A DNA stretch of 64,000 nucleotides from Selenomonadaceae bacterium (GCA_034186105.1 JAXGCE010000011.1:4120-68119); one strand, 5' to 3'. Positions 8,882-17,221 are shown, numbered from the stretch's first letter. Translations and numbers: made by a program. Notes: a model not told the origin generated them from the letters alone.

Positions 8882-9781
8882 ATGCAAAGTCTTTGGATGA
8901 TTGGTAATCAGATTTATCGGATTCGTGTGTGGCGCGAAGCGCATCGTCTGATTGTCTTCTTGGTTCGTGGCATGTTGCACCACAAGAAGCTGGTGAAGCT
9001 TGACACGTTCTTTTCCTCTGCGCCGGAACTCCGCCGGATCGCGGACAGCTACCCGTTTGTCTACGAACAGCCGACACGCGCGTTCTTCTACAAGGATTCC
9101 ACGTTTGATGAGCGCGTGCGCCTCGTGGAGCATCACATGCAGTTCCTGCTCGAGGCGTTGCGGCCAGACGTCGCGGTCGGCCTTTACCAGAAAAAAGAGC
9201 AGCTGCTTTGGCAGCAGGAGCTCGCGGGCGCGGACACGCAGTGCTACCTCTCGTTCCATCCCGGCCAGCGGAAGGAAGGCCTCCTGAGCATCTGGCTCCG
9301 GCAGGGCGACGCCTCGCTCTACCAGATCATGTTCTGGTTGGACAAAGACCGCGCGGGGGAATGGTCGTGCTATATCGGCGCGATGCAGGGGCCGAACATG
9401 GACGATGCGCGCGACGTCATCAAGCGGATGACGAAAGCGTGCTTCGGCTTTCGCACGAAAAACCTCATCCTGTATCTCCTGCAGGCCTTCGTCCGCACGC
9501 TCGGCATCCGGCACATCTACGCCGTCACGAACGCGGGCTACTATGCGCAGAACCACGTGCGACGCGACCGCAAGCTGAAGACGTCGTTCAGCGACTTCTG
9601 GCTCGAGGCGGGCGGCTGGCACACGGACGACTACCGCTTTGACGAGCTCCCGCTCGCCGAGCCGCGCAAAGCCATCGAAGACGTGAAATCGCAGAAACGC
9701 AACCTCTACCGCAAGCGGTACGCGCTGCTCGACACCGTGGACGAAGCCGTCGAGGCGCACGTCCGCGCGCTCATGAGGTGA
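8882..9781 (+). CDS. VirK/YbjX (DUF535) family protein
   Basis: The conserved C-terminal block is GAMQGPNMDDARDVIKRMTKACFGFRTKNLILYLLQAF...IYAVTNAGYYA. This assignment comes from memory of the family. The start could be the ATG at 8897. Confidence 0.7.
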   Translation: MQSLWMIGNQIYRIRVWREAHRLIVFLVRGMLHHKKLVKLDTFFSSAPELRRIADSYPFVYEQPTRAFFYKDSTFDERVRLVEHHMQFLLEALRPDVAVGLYQKKEQLLWQQELAGADTQCYLSFHPGQRKEGLLSIWLRQGDASLYQIMFWLDKDRAGEWSCYIGAMQGPNMDDARDVIKRMTKACFGFRTKNLILYLLQAFVRTLGIRHIYAVTNAGYYAQNHVRRDRKLKTSFSDFWLEAGGWHTDDYRFDELPLAEPRKAIEDVKSQKRNLYRKRYALLDTVDEAVEAHVRALMR

Positions 9782-9785
9782 CGGC

Positions 9786-10715
9786 GTGGAACACATCAAC
9801 ATCGCCATGGCGGCCGACGTTCGGTACGCGCAGCATGCGACGGTCGCCATGGTGTCCATCCTCCTCCACGCGGCGCATCCGGAACGCATCCGCTTTTACC
9901 TGCTCGCCGACCAGCTGCCCGCCGATACCGAGAGCCGCGTCCGTGCCTCCATCGAGCGGCACGGCGCCGCCGTCAACGTCATCCCGCTCTCTCCCGAAAA
10001 GCTCGCAGGCCTCTACACGAGCGGCCAGCTCAGCCGGACGGCGTATGCGCGCCTCCAGGCAGCGGAACTCCTTCCCAGAACGGTGCAGCGTCTCCTTTAC
10101 CTTGATTGTGACATCTTGGCGCATGATGATATCGAGAAGCTCTGGAAAATGAATCTTGACGGGCATCCCGTGGGCGCCGTCAAAGACTTCGGCATCATGG
10201 CATCGGGAAAAAGCTGGAACGAGAAGGAAGCATCTCTGGGAGTGCGGGACGGAGAGGCCTATTTCAATTCCGGACTGCTGCTGCTGAATCTCGGCCAGTG
10301 GCGGGAGAACGAATATGGACGGAAGATCGCGGAGCTCGTCCGCCAGCGCCAGTTCCGCCATCACGATCAGGACGCGCTCAATCTCGTCTTCCGTGATGAT
10401 TGGAAAGTACTCCCGATGCGGTGGAACGTCATCCCGCCCGTCTACGATATGTTCTGGAAAGTCCTGCGCCGCAGCGCGTACCGGCGGGAAGCCATCGCGG
10501 CGATGCAGGATATCGGCATCCTGCACTACGCGGGCGGCTACAAGCCGTGGGAATACGACCGGCACGCAGGATTCAATGACGAATATTACCGCTGCCTCGA
10601 AAAAACCGCCTTTTCGGACGCCCCGATGCCGCAGTTCGACGCACGAAGGAAGCACCGCTCCCTGCGGCGCCAGCTCTTGCGGATGGCGTGGGGAAGGTTC
10701 TGGGCGCGCGTTTGA
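9786..10715 (+). CDS. Family 8 glycosyltransferase (RfaJ/WaaI-like LPS glycosyltransferase)
   Basis: INIAMAADVRYAQH, YLDCDIL (DxD), NSGLLLLNL and HHDQDALN. GTG start with a GAGGTGA RBS. Confidence 0.85.
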   Translation: MEHINIAMAADVRYAQHATVAMVSILLHAAHPERIRFYLLADQLPADTESRVRASIERHGAAVNVIPLSPEKLAGLYTSGQLSRTAYARLQAAELLPRTVQRLLYLDCDILAHDDIEKLWKMNLDGHPVGAVKDFGIMASGKSWNEKEASLGVRDGEAYFNSGLLLLNLGQWRENEYGRKIAELVRQRQFRHHDQDALNLVFRDDWKVLPMRWNVIPPVYDMFWKVLRRSAYRREAIAAMQDIGILHYAGGYKPWEYDRHAGFNDEYYRCLEKTAFSDAPMPQFDARRKHRSLRRQLLRMAWGRFWARV

Positions 10716-10729
10716 TAAGTGGAGAATTT

Positions 10730-11734
10730 ATGACGAAGAAATTTCCTCGCACGTTGATCCTCGGCTGGCCCGTCTGGCCGGCACAGTCATGGCTTGCGAA
10801 TTATCCCGATGTGACGGCGGCGCGCATTTATCAGGAAGGATTGCCGCATGGCGCGAAACGATGGATGAATGCATCGTTCCATATGCCTGCACGGCTGCAG
10901 GTGACGGACAAGTTGCGCCCGCAGCATTGGTATGGTGATTGGAGCGAGGACATCCGCTCGTACGAACTCGTGATTTTGATTGACGAAATCCGGGGACGTG
11001 ATATTTTCGAGTTCATTCTGGAACGGAATCCCAGGTGCAAGCTCGTCGTTTTCTACGATCATGCCGTCGAACCCGGCAGCCGGCGTGACCCGCGCAGATA
11101 CCACGACCTCCCGATTTATTTCTGCACGTGCGACCGCAAGGTTGCCGCGACGTATCACATCGATTTCCAGCCGTACTTCTACATTTTTTCGCCGTATGAT
11201 TTTTCCGCGTATGCGACGATGAAATTTCCGAAGGAGCAGGGCGTTTTCTTCCTCGGCGAAGAAAAGGGAGACCGGATCGAGCGGCTGGCCGCCATCCGCG
11301 AAATGTTCGAATCCTCCGGCATCCCGTGCGATCTCCATCTCGTCCGCAAGCGGCACGGGAAGCGCTATACAAAGGCGCAACGGGCGCAGACGTGTGATTA
11401 TATGCCGTATGCGGAGGCCGTCGAGCACATCAAATCGTGCCGGGCCATCCTCGAACTCGTTTCCGACGGGCAGACAGGCATCACGCAACGGCCGTATGAA
11501 GCGCTGTTCTTTCGCAAGAAGCTCATCACGACGAGCGAGGAAGTTTGCCGCTACGATTTTTGCCGCTCGGGGAATGTGTTTGTTCTGGAAGATGATTTGT
11601 CCAATACGGGGGGGCAGCATCGACAGCTGCTTGATTTTTTGCAGAAGCCGGCCACTTCCTTTGATGGCAGGGAACGATATTCTCTGGAAGCATGGATACG
11701 GAGATTACATGAAAGCGCGTGCGCGGGGGAATGA
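10730..11734 (+). CDS. Uncharacterised protein in LPS cluster (possible GT-B-like glycosyltransferase)
   Basis: The ORF is in line with its neighbours. The ATG at 10730 has a GGAG RBS, and the upstream extension to 10688 overlaps the GT8 gene. I recognise no diagnostic motif. It contains a G7 tract at 11608..11614. Confidence 0.55.
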   Translation: MTKKFPRTLILGWPVWPAQSWLANYPDVTAARIYQEGLPHGAKRWMNASFHMPARLQVTDKLRPQHWYGDWSEDIRSYELVILIDEIRGRDIFEFILERNPRCKLVVFYDHAVEPGSRRDPRRYHDLPIYFCTCDRKVAATYHIDFQPYFYIFSPYDFSAYATMKFPKEQGVFFLGEEKGDRIERLAAIREMFESSGIPCDLHLVRKRHGKRYTKAQRAQTCDYMPYAEAVEHIKSCRAILELVSDGQTGITQRPYEALFFRKKLITTSEEVCRYDFCRSGNVFVLEDDLSNTGGQHRQLLDFLQKPATSFDGRERYSLEAWIRRLHESACAGE

Positions 11735-11741
11735 GAGAAGT

Positions 11742-12482
11742 ATGGATATAAAAATCTTGATTGCGATGCACAAGCAGTTTGAGGTTCCAAAAGATCCGAT
11801 ATATGTTCCGCTGCTTTGCGGGAAATGCGGGAGAGACATCCCTTGCCTTGGCGATGATACGGGCGATCATATTTCATCGTGGAATCCTTACTTTTGTGAA
11901 CTCACAGGATTGTACTGGGCATGGAAGAATCTTTTGTGCGATATCATCGGCCTCTGCCATTATCGACGTTATTTTGTAACGAATGTCCTCCCAGGGGGGG
12001 CGTTTCCCCTGATTCGAAAGACAGGAATAGAAGCGGCCATGAAAAAATACGATGTCATTCTTCCGAAGAAGGTTTCGTTGGGAAAGAACCAGACGGTTTT
12101 CGAGCAGTATGCAGAGAAACATATCGTAACAGACATGGATCTTGTGCGGGAGATTTTGCAGAAAATCTCTCCGGATGACATCCCTGCGTTTGATGCCGTC
12201 ATGGAGCAGCATTCCATGTATGCGTTCAATATGTTCTGTATGCGCAAGCCGTTGTTTGATTCGTATTGCGCGTGGCTGTTTCCCGTCTTGTTTGCTTTGG
12301 AAAAGCGCATAGATTACAAGGAGAGGGATGGATATCAAAAACGCGTGTTCGGATTTTTGTCGGAACGATTGTTTAATGTATGGATATACCGGATGCATTT
12401 GAACACAGTGGAAATGAACGTTCGTTATTTGGGGGACGGTAAAAGATTGCGCAATTGGCTCTGGAAAAAGGTGAATTTCTGA
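11742..12482 (+). CDS. DUF4422-family putative glycosyltransferase
   Basis: The N-terminus is MDIKILIAMHKQFEVPKDPIYVPLLCG, followed by CELTGLYWAWKN and GLCHYRRYF. The gene is visibly AT-richer than its flanks. It contains a G7 tract at 11994..12000. Confidence 0.75.
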   Translation: MDIKILIAMHKQFEVPKDPIYVPLLCGKCGRDIPCLGDDTGDHISSWNPYFCELTGLYWAWKNLLCDIIGLCHYRRYFVTNVLPGGAFPLIRKTGIEAAMKKYDVILPKKVSLGKNQTVFEQYAEKHIVTDMDLVREILQKISPDDIPAFDAVMEQHSMYAFNMFCMRKPLFDSYCAWLFPVLFALEKRIDYKERDGYQKRVFGFLSERLFNVWIYRMHLNTVEMNVRYLGDGKRLRNWLWKKVNF

Positions 12483-12515
12483 TGGAGAGAGACAACGATT
12501 GAGGGAAGTGGTCGG

Positions 12516-12616
12516 ATGCATGGCGTTCAGCGTGTGATGCTTTCCAGCAGGCGTTTGAAGTATCAATTTGATCTGCGCCGGAATCTCACTACCATCAGCA
12601 GAGAGAGGCGATATCG
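12516..12616 (+). pseudogene. Possible 5' stub of an AAA-ATPase gene (body deleted)
   Basis: It encodes MHGVQRVMLSSRRLKYQFDLRRNLTTI. As I recall, this resembles the N-terminus that precedes the Walker A box in ATPases encoded next to DUF4869 genes. No Walker A follows here. Confidence 0.3.
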
Positions 12617-13059
12617 ATGCTCCATGTTTTTACGGCGATATGCCGGAAGCGATTTGCAGCACGGCGGTGTATTTCAAGAACGTGTACGAGGATGCGTGGA
12701 TCGTCGATCCGTTCAACATGGAGATGATCCGCGACGTGGATGATTCGACGGTGCTCGCGAGCGGCGTGATCGACAGTCCCGTGTTCGGGAAGATTCCGCC
12801 CGAACGGCTTTCGGGCGGCGTGAAGACGCTGATGCTGATCCGCATGATGCCCGAAAAGGCCTTCCATGCGTCGCAATGCGGCGACAATTGCGCGCCGTGG
12901 CTGCTGAAGATGACGGAGACGGAGGACCGGACGATCAACCCACGCGGCCGCGGCGGTACGGCAGTACGGTATCGCGTTCTGCGGGGAGCGGGTGCAGGTG
13001 GAACTTGCGGGATGAGATCAAAGGGGAAAAGATGGGATGACGTTTTCTGCAGTCCGTGA
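12617..13059 (+). pseudogene. DUF4869-like gene, apparently frameshifted at a T5 run right after its ATG
   Basis: ATG CTC CAT GTT TTT (MLHVF) at 12617 goes out of frame with the downstream YGDMPEAICSTAVYFKNVYEDAWIVDPF...LSGGVKTLMLI...CGDNCAPWLL. One extra T in the run at 12627..12631 would join them. The C-terminus also looks diverged. Confidence 0.45.
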
Positions 13060-14266
13060 TATCGAGCGGCGCGGCTATTTCTATTTGTGCGGGTTTGCGC
13101 TCGTGTCGTGCTTGTCGATGGCGGCGTCGAATATTTTCTTGGGGCTCGCGATTGCGGCGGCGCTGCACCGGTGCGTGCGGCAGCGGCCATCGCTGCCGGG
13201 ATTCATGGATGTCGTCGGGCGGCCGGTGATCGCGTCGTTCCTCGTACTCATGGCGGTGACGCTCGTGTCGCTCGTCGGTGCGATGGATCTCGCGGCTGGG
13301 CTGCGGCGCGCGGTGAATCATTACATGTTCTGGCCGGCGGAGTTTTTCGCCGTGCTCGTCTTCGTGCGGGAGCGGCGGCAGGTCTGGCGGATGGCGGCGC
13401 TCCTTGCACTGTCGCTCGCGCTCAACGATGTCTACGTGCTGTTCTTGAGCGCCCGGGAGGGCTGGACGTTCGGCCGTTTCGGCGGCGGCATGTTCTACAT
13501 GGCGTACGGGACGGCGCTCCTCACAGGACTGCCGCTGCTCTTGATGTACCTCTTGCGCGGGAACTCTGTGCGTGGGCGTCGGCTGGCGGCGGCGGTATTC
13601 GCTCTTTCCCTCGCAGGACTTTTGCTCAATGGCACGCGTACGGTCTGGGTGCTCGCGTTGCCGCTCTGTTTTGTAGGGGCGTATCCGTGCGTGAAGAGCA
13701 AATGGCGGATCGTGGCCGGCTTCGCTGTCGCGCTCGTGGCCATCAGCGTGCTTTTTACAGCATCGCCGGCCGTGGGGACGCGCGCACAGACGATCGTGGA
13801 CATGCAGGGGGAGCATTCGTATCAGGAGCGCTTGCGCGTCTGGACGAGCACCGTGCACATGTGGGAGGATCATCCGCTGACGGGCGTGGGCTTCGGCAGC
13901 TTCAAGAAAGCGTATCAGGAGCACTACATCCTCCCGGAGGCGAAAGAGCCCGGCCTCGCGCACGCGCACAACAATGTCTTGGAAATGCTCGCGGAGTGCG
14001 GTGCGCTCGGGGCGCTGGCGTTCGTCGCGCTTTGGCTCGTGTTTTCCGGGCAGGCGATGCTCCGCTGGTGGCGGACTCGGGAGCTCGTGCACGTCGTGCT
14101 GTTCCTCGCGTTCAACGCGATCATGCTGCACGGGTTGACGGAGTTCACGTGGGACCGGTCGATCACGATGAAGATGTTCTGGATGATCTGCGGCCTCGCG
14201 TACGCCTGGATCGCGTGCGGATGGTCGTCTGCGTCCGGCGGGGACGCGAGGTCCGATGAAAGATAG
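13037..14266 (+). CDS. O-antigen ligase family protein (WaaL-like)
   Basis: The protein is polytopic. It has the Wzy_C-type block LNGTRTVWV and then HAHNNVLEMLAECGALGALAF. Confidence 0.8.
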   Translation: MTFSAVRDIERRGYFYLCGFALVSCLSMAASNIFLGLAIAAALHRCVRQRPSLPGFMDVVGRPVIASFLVLMAVTLVSLVGAMDLAAGLRRAVNHYMFWPAEFFAVLVFVRERRQVWRMAALLALSLALNDVYVLFLSAREGWTFGRFGGGMFYMAYGTALLTGLPLLLMYLLRGNSVRGRRLAAAVFALSLAGLLLNGTRTVWVLALPLCFVGAYPCVKSKWRIVAGFAVALVAISVLFTASPAVGTRAQTIVDMQGEHSYQERLRVWTSTVHMWEDHPLTGVGFGSFKKAYQEHYILPEAKEPGLAHAHNNVLEMLAECGALGALAFVALWLVFSGQAMLRWWRTRELVHVVLFLAFNAIMLHGLTEFTWDRSITMKMFWMICGLAYAWIACGWSSASGGDARSDER

Positions 14267-14282
14267 ATTGTGAGGCGGTACG

Positions 14283-16319
14283 TTGTTTTCGCTGTTTTTT
14301 GTAGGGCTGCAGCAGGACGGGAAACTCCTGCTGTTCGCGCCGCTCTTGTCTGCCGTGTTTCGCCTGATCTTCATCGAGGCGTACGGGCCGGAGAAAAGCC
14401 CCGCCGGGCATTGGCGCAAGTGGTATCATTGCTTCCGCTACGGCTTCTGGTGGGGCATGGACTGGCATGCGTACGTGTTCCTCTTTTCCATGGTGTTCGT
14501 GAGCCTACCGGGCGCGTTTTTCCCGGCGTATTTCGCCATCGGCGACACGGTGCGGCTCGCCGGGGGCATGACGTATGCGTTCGTCTTGTACACGGCGTTC
14601 GTCGGGCGGATGATTTTTTACTATCATTTCCATGATGTGTTCAACCAGACGCTGCTTCTCGGGAAAAATGCGGACAAGCGGAACTTCCTGGATATTTTCT
14701 TTCACCAGAATCACGGTGCATGGGTGCTGCTTTCTTATGTGCCTGTGATGTGGCTGGTGTGTGCGATGATGCAGGCCTTGCTCCGGTTGCCATCCATCGC
14801 ATATCCGCAAGCGCTCTTGGATGCCCCGGCCGCCGTCTGTTATGCAGCTAACGCGGCAATCTTCATCCTTGCAATCGTTTTTTTCTATTTTATGCGGTTC
14901 GGTGGGACATTGAAGCATCAGGACAAGCCGGAATGGGACGAGATCCCGCCCGTGGTGAAAGAGGACATCTTTTTCGCCAAGGCGACATGGGATGACTTCG
15001 TGCGCTTGGAATGGGTTTACCGGATGCCGCCGAAAGAACTCCTGACGCACACGGACGCACAGGCGCGCTCCGCCATGGAGGCCGTTGTACCCGAAGCGCG
15101 GTGGCGGGAGGAAGAGAATCCGCTGGCGGCGTTTGTCCGTCAGGCAAAAGGCCCGAAAATGGCGCAGCCGAGCCATATTTTTTACATCCTCGGCGAGAGC
15201 TATTACCAAGCGCCGCTCGATGCACCGTATGCGAAACTGCATCTCATGGATCGCGGAAAAGCTTTTTTCACGGATGCGCATTCGTTCACGCTTCCCACCT
15301 GCTTGTCTGCTGGCCTCATCTCGCAGCCGTCGCTTGTCAGCTTGGTATCCGGCTTTTTTGATGCGGATCTGGAGTTCAATGAAACAGAAGCTTTCTGGAA
15401 ACCGTGGCGGGCGGATGCGTTAGCTATCAGCTTGCCGATGCAACTGAAGAAACTGGGATACCGTTCGATCTTTTGGTATGGCGGCCCATTGAATTGGGGG
15501 AGCTTGCTGCATTTTCTGCCAGCTGTCGGCTTTGATGAGAGCATGGATGGCTTCGCTTGCTGTCCAGACGCGCCGAGAACGTGGCTCGGGACGTATGATG
15601 ATGCGTTCCTCGGCGAGGCTGCGCGCCGTATCCCGCAGATGGATGATGGACGTCCGGTTCTCCATTTCCTCTATACGACCTCCATTCATGGGCCGTATAC
15701 TATCCCAGTAGAAGACTACGGGTATCGTACCGATGAGGTGATGCCGGAAGCGCCTGAGAGCCTGCGGCGTGATTACAAGTGGCAGAAGAAGCTCGGTTGC
15801 TATTGGTATTCGGATAAAGCTATCATGGATTTCATTCATGCCATGGAAGAACGATATCCAGATGCACTATTCGTTGTCACGGGGGATCACGCGACGCTGA
15901 ATATCCCGTTCGCGTCGGGAATCGTTCCGCGTAACGAACCGACACTCAGGGAGCAGCACAGCACGTGTTTCGCTATCCATCATCGTGACCTTTCGAGCGA
16001 CTGGTTTGCGGGCAACACAATCGGCGGCCATATGAACATCTTTCCGACGATCATGGAACTCATCGCACCGGAAGGTCATCCGTATCTCTCGCTGGCAAAG
16101 CCGTTGACGGAATCCATCGACCACGTCGTGACACCGCAACATTGGCTGACGCGCGAACTGATCGGTCGCTACGAGGATCGTGTTGCACAGGCGAACCGTG
16201 TGTCAGTCGAAGCACTTCCAATGTTACAAGAAACCGTGCACTATGAGGAGGAACGCGCGGCTTGGGCGGAGCTCTCGGGCTGGATTGGCCGCCATCCGGA
16301 GTGCGTGTGCAAAGCGTGA
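14283..16319 (+). CDS. LTA synthase / sulfatase-family membrane enzyme (alkaline phosphatase superfamily)
   Basis: An N-terminal multi-TM region is followed by an extracytoplasmic domain with HIFYILGESY and VVTGDHA motifs. The TTG start is uncertain. Confidence 0.8.
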   Translation: MFSLFFVGLQQDGKLLLFAPLLSAVFRLIFIEAYGPEKSPAGHWRKWYHCFRYGFWWGMDWHAYVFLFSMVFVSLPGAFFPAYFAIGDTVRLAGGMTYAFVLYTAFVGRMIFYYHFHDVFNQTLLLGKNADKRNFLDIFFHQNHGAWVLLSYVPVMWLVCAMMQALLRLPSIAYPQALLDAPAAVCYAANAAIFILAIVFFYFMRFGGTLKHQDKPEWDEIPPVVKEDIFFAKATWDDFVRLEWVYRMPPKELLTHTDAQARSAMEAVVPEARWREEENPLAAFVRQAKGPKMAQPSHIFYILGESYYQAPLDAPYAKLHLMDRGKAFFTDAHSFTLPTCLSAGLISQPSLVSLVSGFFDADLEFNETEAFWKPWRADALAISLPMQLKKLGYRSIFWYGGPLNWGSLLHFLPAVGFDESMDGFACCPDAPRTWLGTYDDAFLGEAARRIPQMDDGRPVLHFLYTTSIHGPYTIPVEDYGYRTDEVMPEAPESLRRDYKWQKKLGCYWYSDKAIMDFIHAMEERYPDALFVVTGDHATLNIPFASGIVPRNEPTLREQHSTCFAIHHRDLSSDWFAGNTIGGHMNIFPTIMELIAPEGHPYLSLAKPLTESIDHVVTPQHWLTRELIGRYEDRVAQANRVSVEALPMLQETVHYEEERAAWAELSGWIGRHPECVCKA

Positions 16320-16350
16320 AGATTGAAAGCATCAAAGGAGGTGCATCCAT

Positions 16351-16680
16351 ATGCTGGAAGTTCTTGGTGGGATTTTCCTCATCGGCCTGATCGCCGTGTT
16401 CGCGTTCACGGGCGTGGCTGCGACGACGCTTGTTATCTTTGCGGTCATCGCCATCGTGATCGCGACGATTTTTGCGCTGTTGCTCGGCACGGCTGTCCTC
16501 GTTTTCAAGGTCATGGTCGCGGTCCTTTTGGCGCTGTTCCTGCAGTTCATCTTCTGCCGTGTGCTCACGGCGATTGGCGAGCGTGCGCAGGTGCCAGCAC
16601 TCCTTGAGCAGCCATCGGTGAATCGCATTGCATGGATGCTCTCGGGTATCACGACAGGCTATCTTTATTTCATCCGCTGA
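16351..16680 (+). CDS. Small polytopic membrane protein, unknown function
   Basis: RBS AAAGGAGG is 7 nt upstream. The protein has three strongly hydrophobic segments. 109 aa. Confidence 0.5.
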   Translation: MLEVLGGIFLIGLIAVFAFTGVAATTLVIFAVIAIVIATIFALLLGTAVLVFKVMVAVLLALFLQFIFCRVLTAIGERAQVPALLEQPSVNRIAWMLSGITTGYLYFIR

Positions 16681-16714
16681 ATGGTGCCTTTTGGAAGATT
16701 TTGTCGAAAACGGC

Positions 16715-16741
16715 TTAAGTTTTTTGAATTCCGTTCGATGT
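16715..16741 (+). promoter_or_regulatory. Sigma-28 (FliA/SigD)-like promoter upstream of yjfB-like gene
   Basis: TTAA-N15-TTCGATGT, compared with the consensus TAAA-N15-GCCGATAA. The layout matches the element upstream of the flagellin gene. Confidence 0.4.
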
Positions 16742-16788
16742 AGATAACGAGGACATCTTTTCTCAGATTTGCAAGGAGGCAAAGCATC

Positions 16789-16974
16789 ATGGATACGATG
16801 AGCATCGCAGCACTGTCCGTCGGCATGCATCAGCAGCAGGCCATGCAGGACATGGGCGTCTCCGTGCTGAAAATGGCGATGGAAGCGTCGTCGGGCAGCG
16901 TCGAGAATCTCCTCGAAGAGATGGGGGAGAGCCTCGACCCGAACCTCGGGGCGAACATCGACATCATGGCATAA
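16789..16974 (+). CDS. YjfB-family putative motility protein
   Basis: The 61-aa product reads MDTMSIAALSVGMHQQQAMQDMGVSVLKMAM...LDPNLGANIDIMA, which matches the YjfB pattern. RBS AAGGAGG. Confidence 0.7.
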   Translation: MDTMSIAALSVGMHQQQAMQDMGVSVLKMAMEASSGSVENLLEEMGESLDPNLGANIDIMA

Positions 16975-16983
16975 CTTCGTTTG

Positions 16984-17027
16984 GCCCCCTCTCAGAGGGG
17001 GCTGTCGGCGAAGCCGACTGGGGGAGT
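16984..17027 (+). repeat. Two-hairpin G-tailed small repeat, copy C
   Basis: CCCCCTCT-C-AGAGGGGG, then GTCGGC-GAA-GCCGAC, then TGGGGGAGT. It lies just after the yjfB-like stop. Confidence 0.7.
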
Positions 17028-17049
17028 CCCCTGCGCGGCGAACCATGGA

Positions 17050-17118
17050 AAAAGACGTAATCTTCCGCGGGTGCGAGTTTTTTACTTGCGCTTGCGAGAG
17101 ATTACGTCTTTTCTTTTT
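17050..17118 (+). terminator. Long inverted repeat plus T-run (terminator of LPS/yjfB module)
   Basis: A perfect 14-bp repeat, AAAAGACGTAATCT ... AGATTACGTCTTTT, has a 35-nt spacer and is followed by CTTTTT. Confidence 0.6.
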
Positions 17119-17149
17119 AAAAATATCTTGACGTTTTGACATTTCGTTG

Positions 17150-17178
17150 TTGACTTTTTGTTTTATACGGTGTATATT
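17150..17178 (+). promoter_or_regulatory. Sigma-70 promoter of hrcA-grpE-dnaK-dnaJ operon
   Basis: TTGACT-N17-TATATT lies immediately upstream of the CIRCE element. Confidence 0.65.
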
Positions 17179-17194
17179 CTTAGTAGATTCAAGG

Positions 17195-17221
17195 TTAGCA
17201 CTCAGGACTAGTGAGTGCTAA
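17195..17221 (+). promoter_or_regulatory. CIRCE operator (HrcA binding site)
   Basis: TTAGCACTC-AGGACTAGT-GAGTGCTAA is a perfect match to TTAGCACTC-N9-GAGTGCTAA. Confidence 0.95.

Noticed and set aside
13087-14259. A 390-aa same-strand alternative-frame ORF inside the waaL-like gene.
   Set aside because: The product is extremely Arg/Ala/Gly-rich and has no hydrophobic segments. The 13037 frame gives a coherent polytopic O-antigen-ligase-like protein.
7108-17150. Calling the LPS module a genomic island or mobile element.
   Set aside because: There is no integrase, transposase, tRNA attachment site or long direct repeats. Only short structured repeats lie at the borders. It is reported as a synteny break, not as a mobile_element feature.
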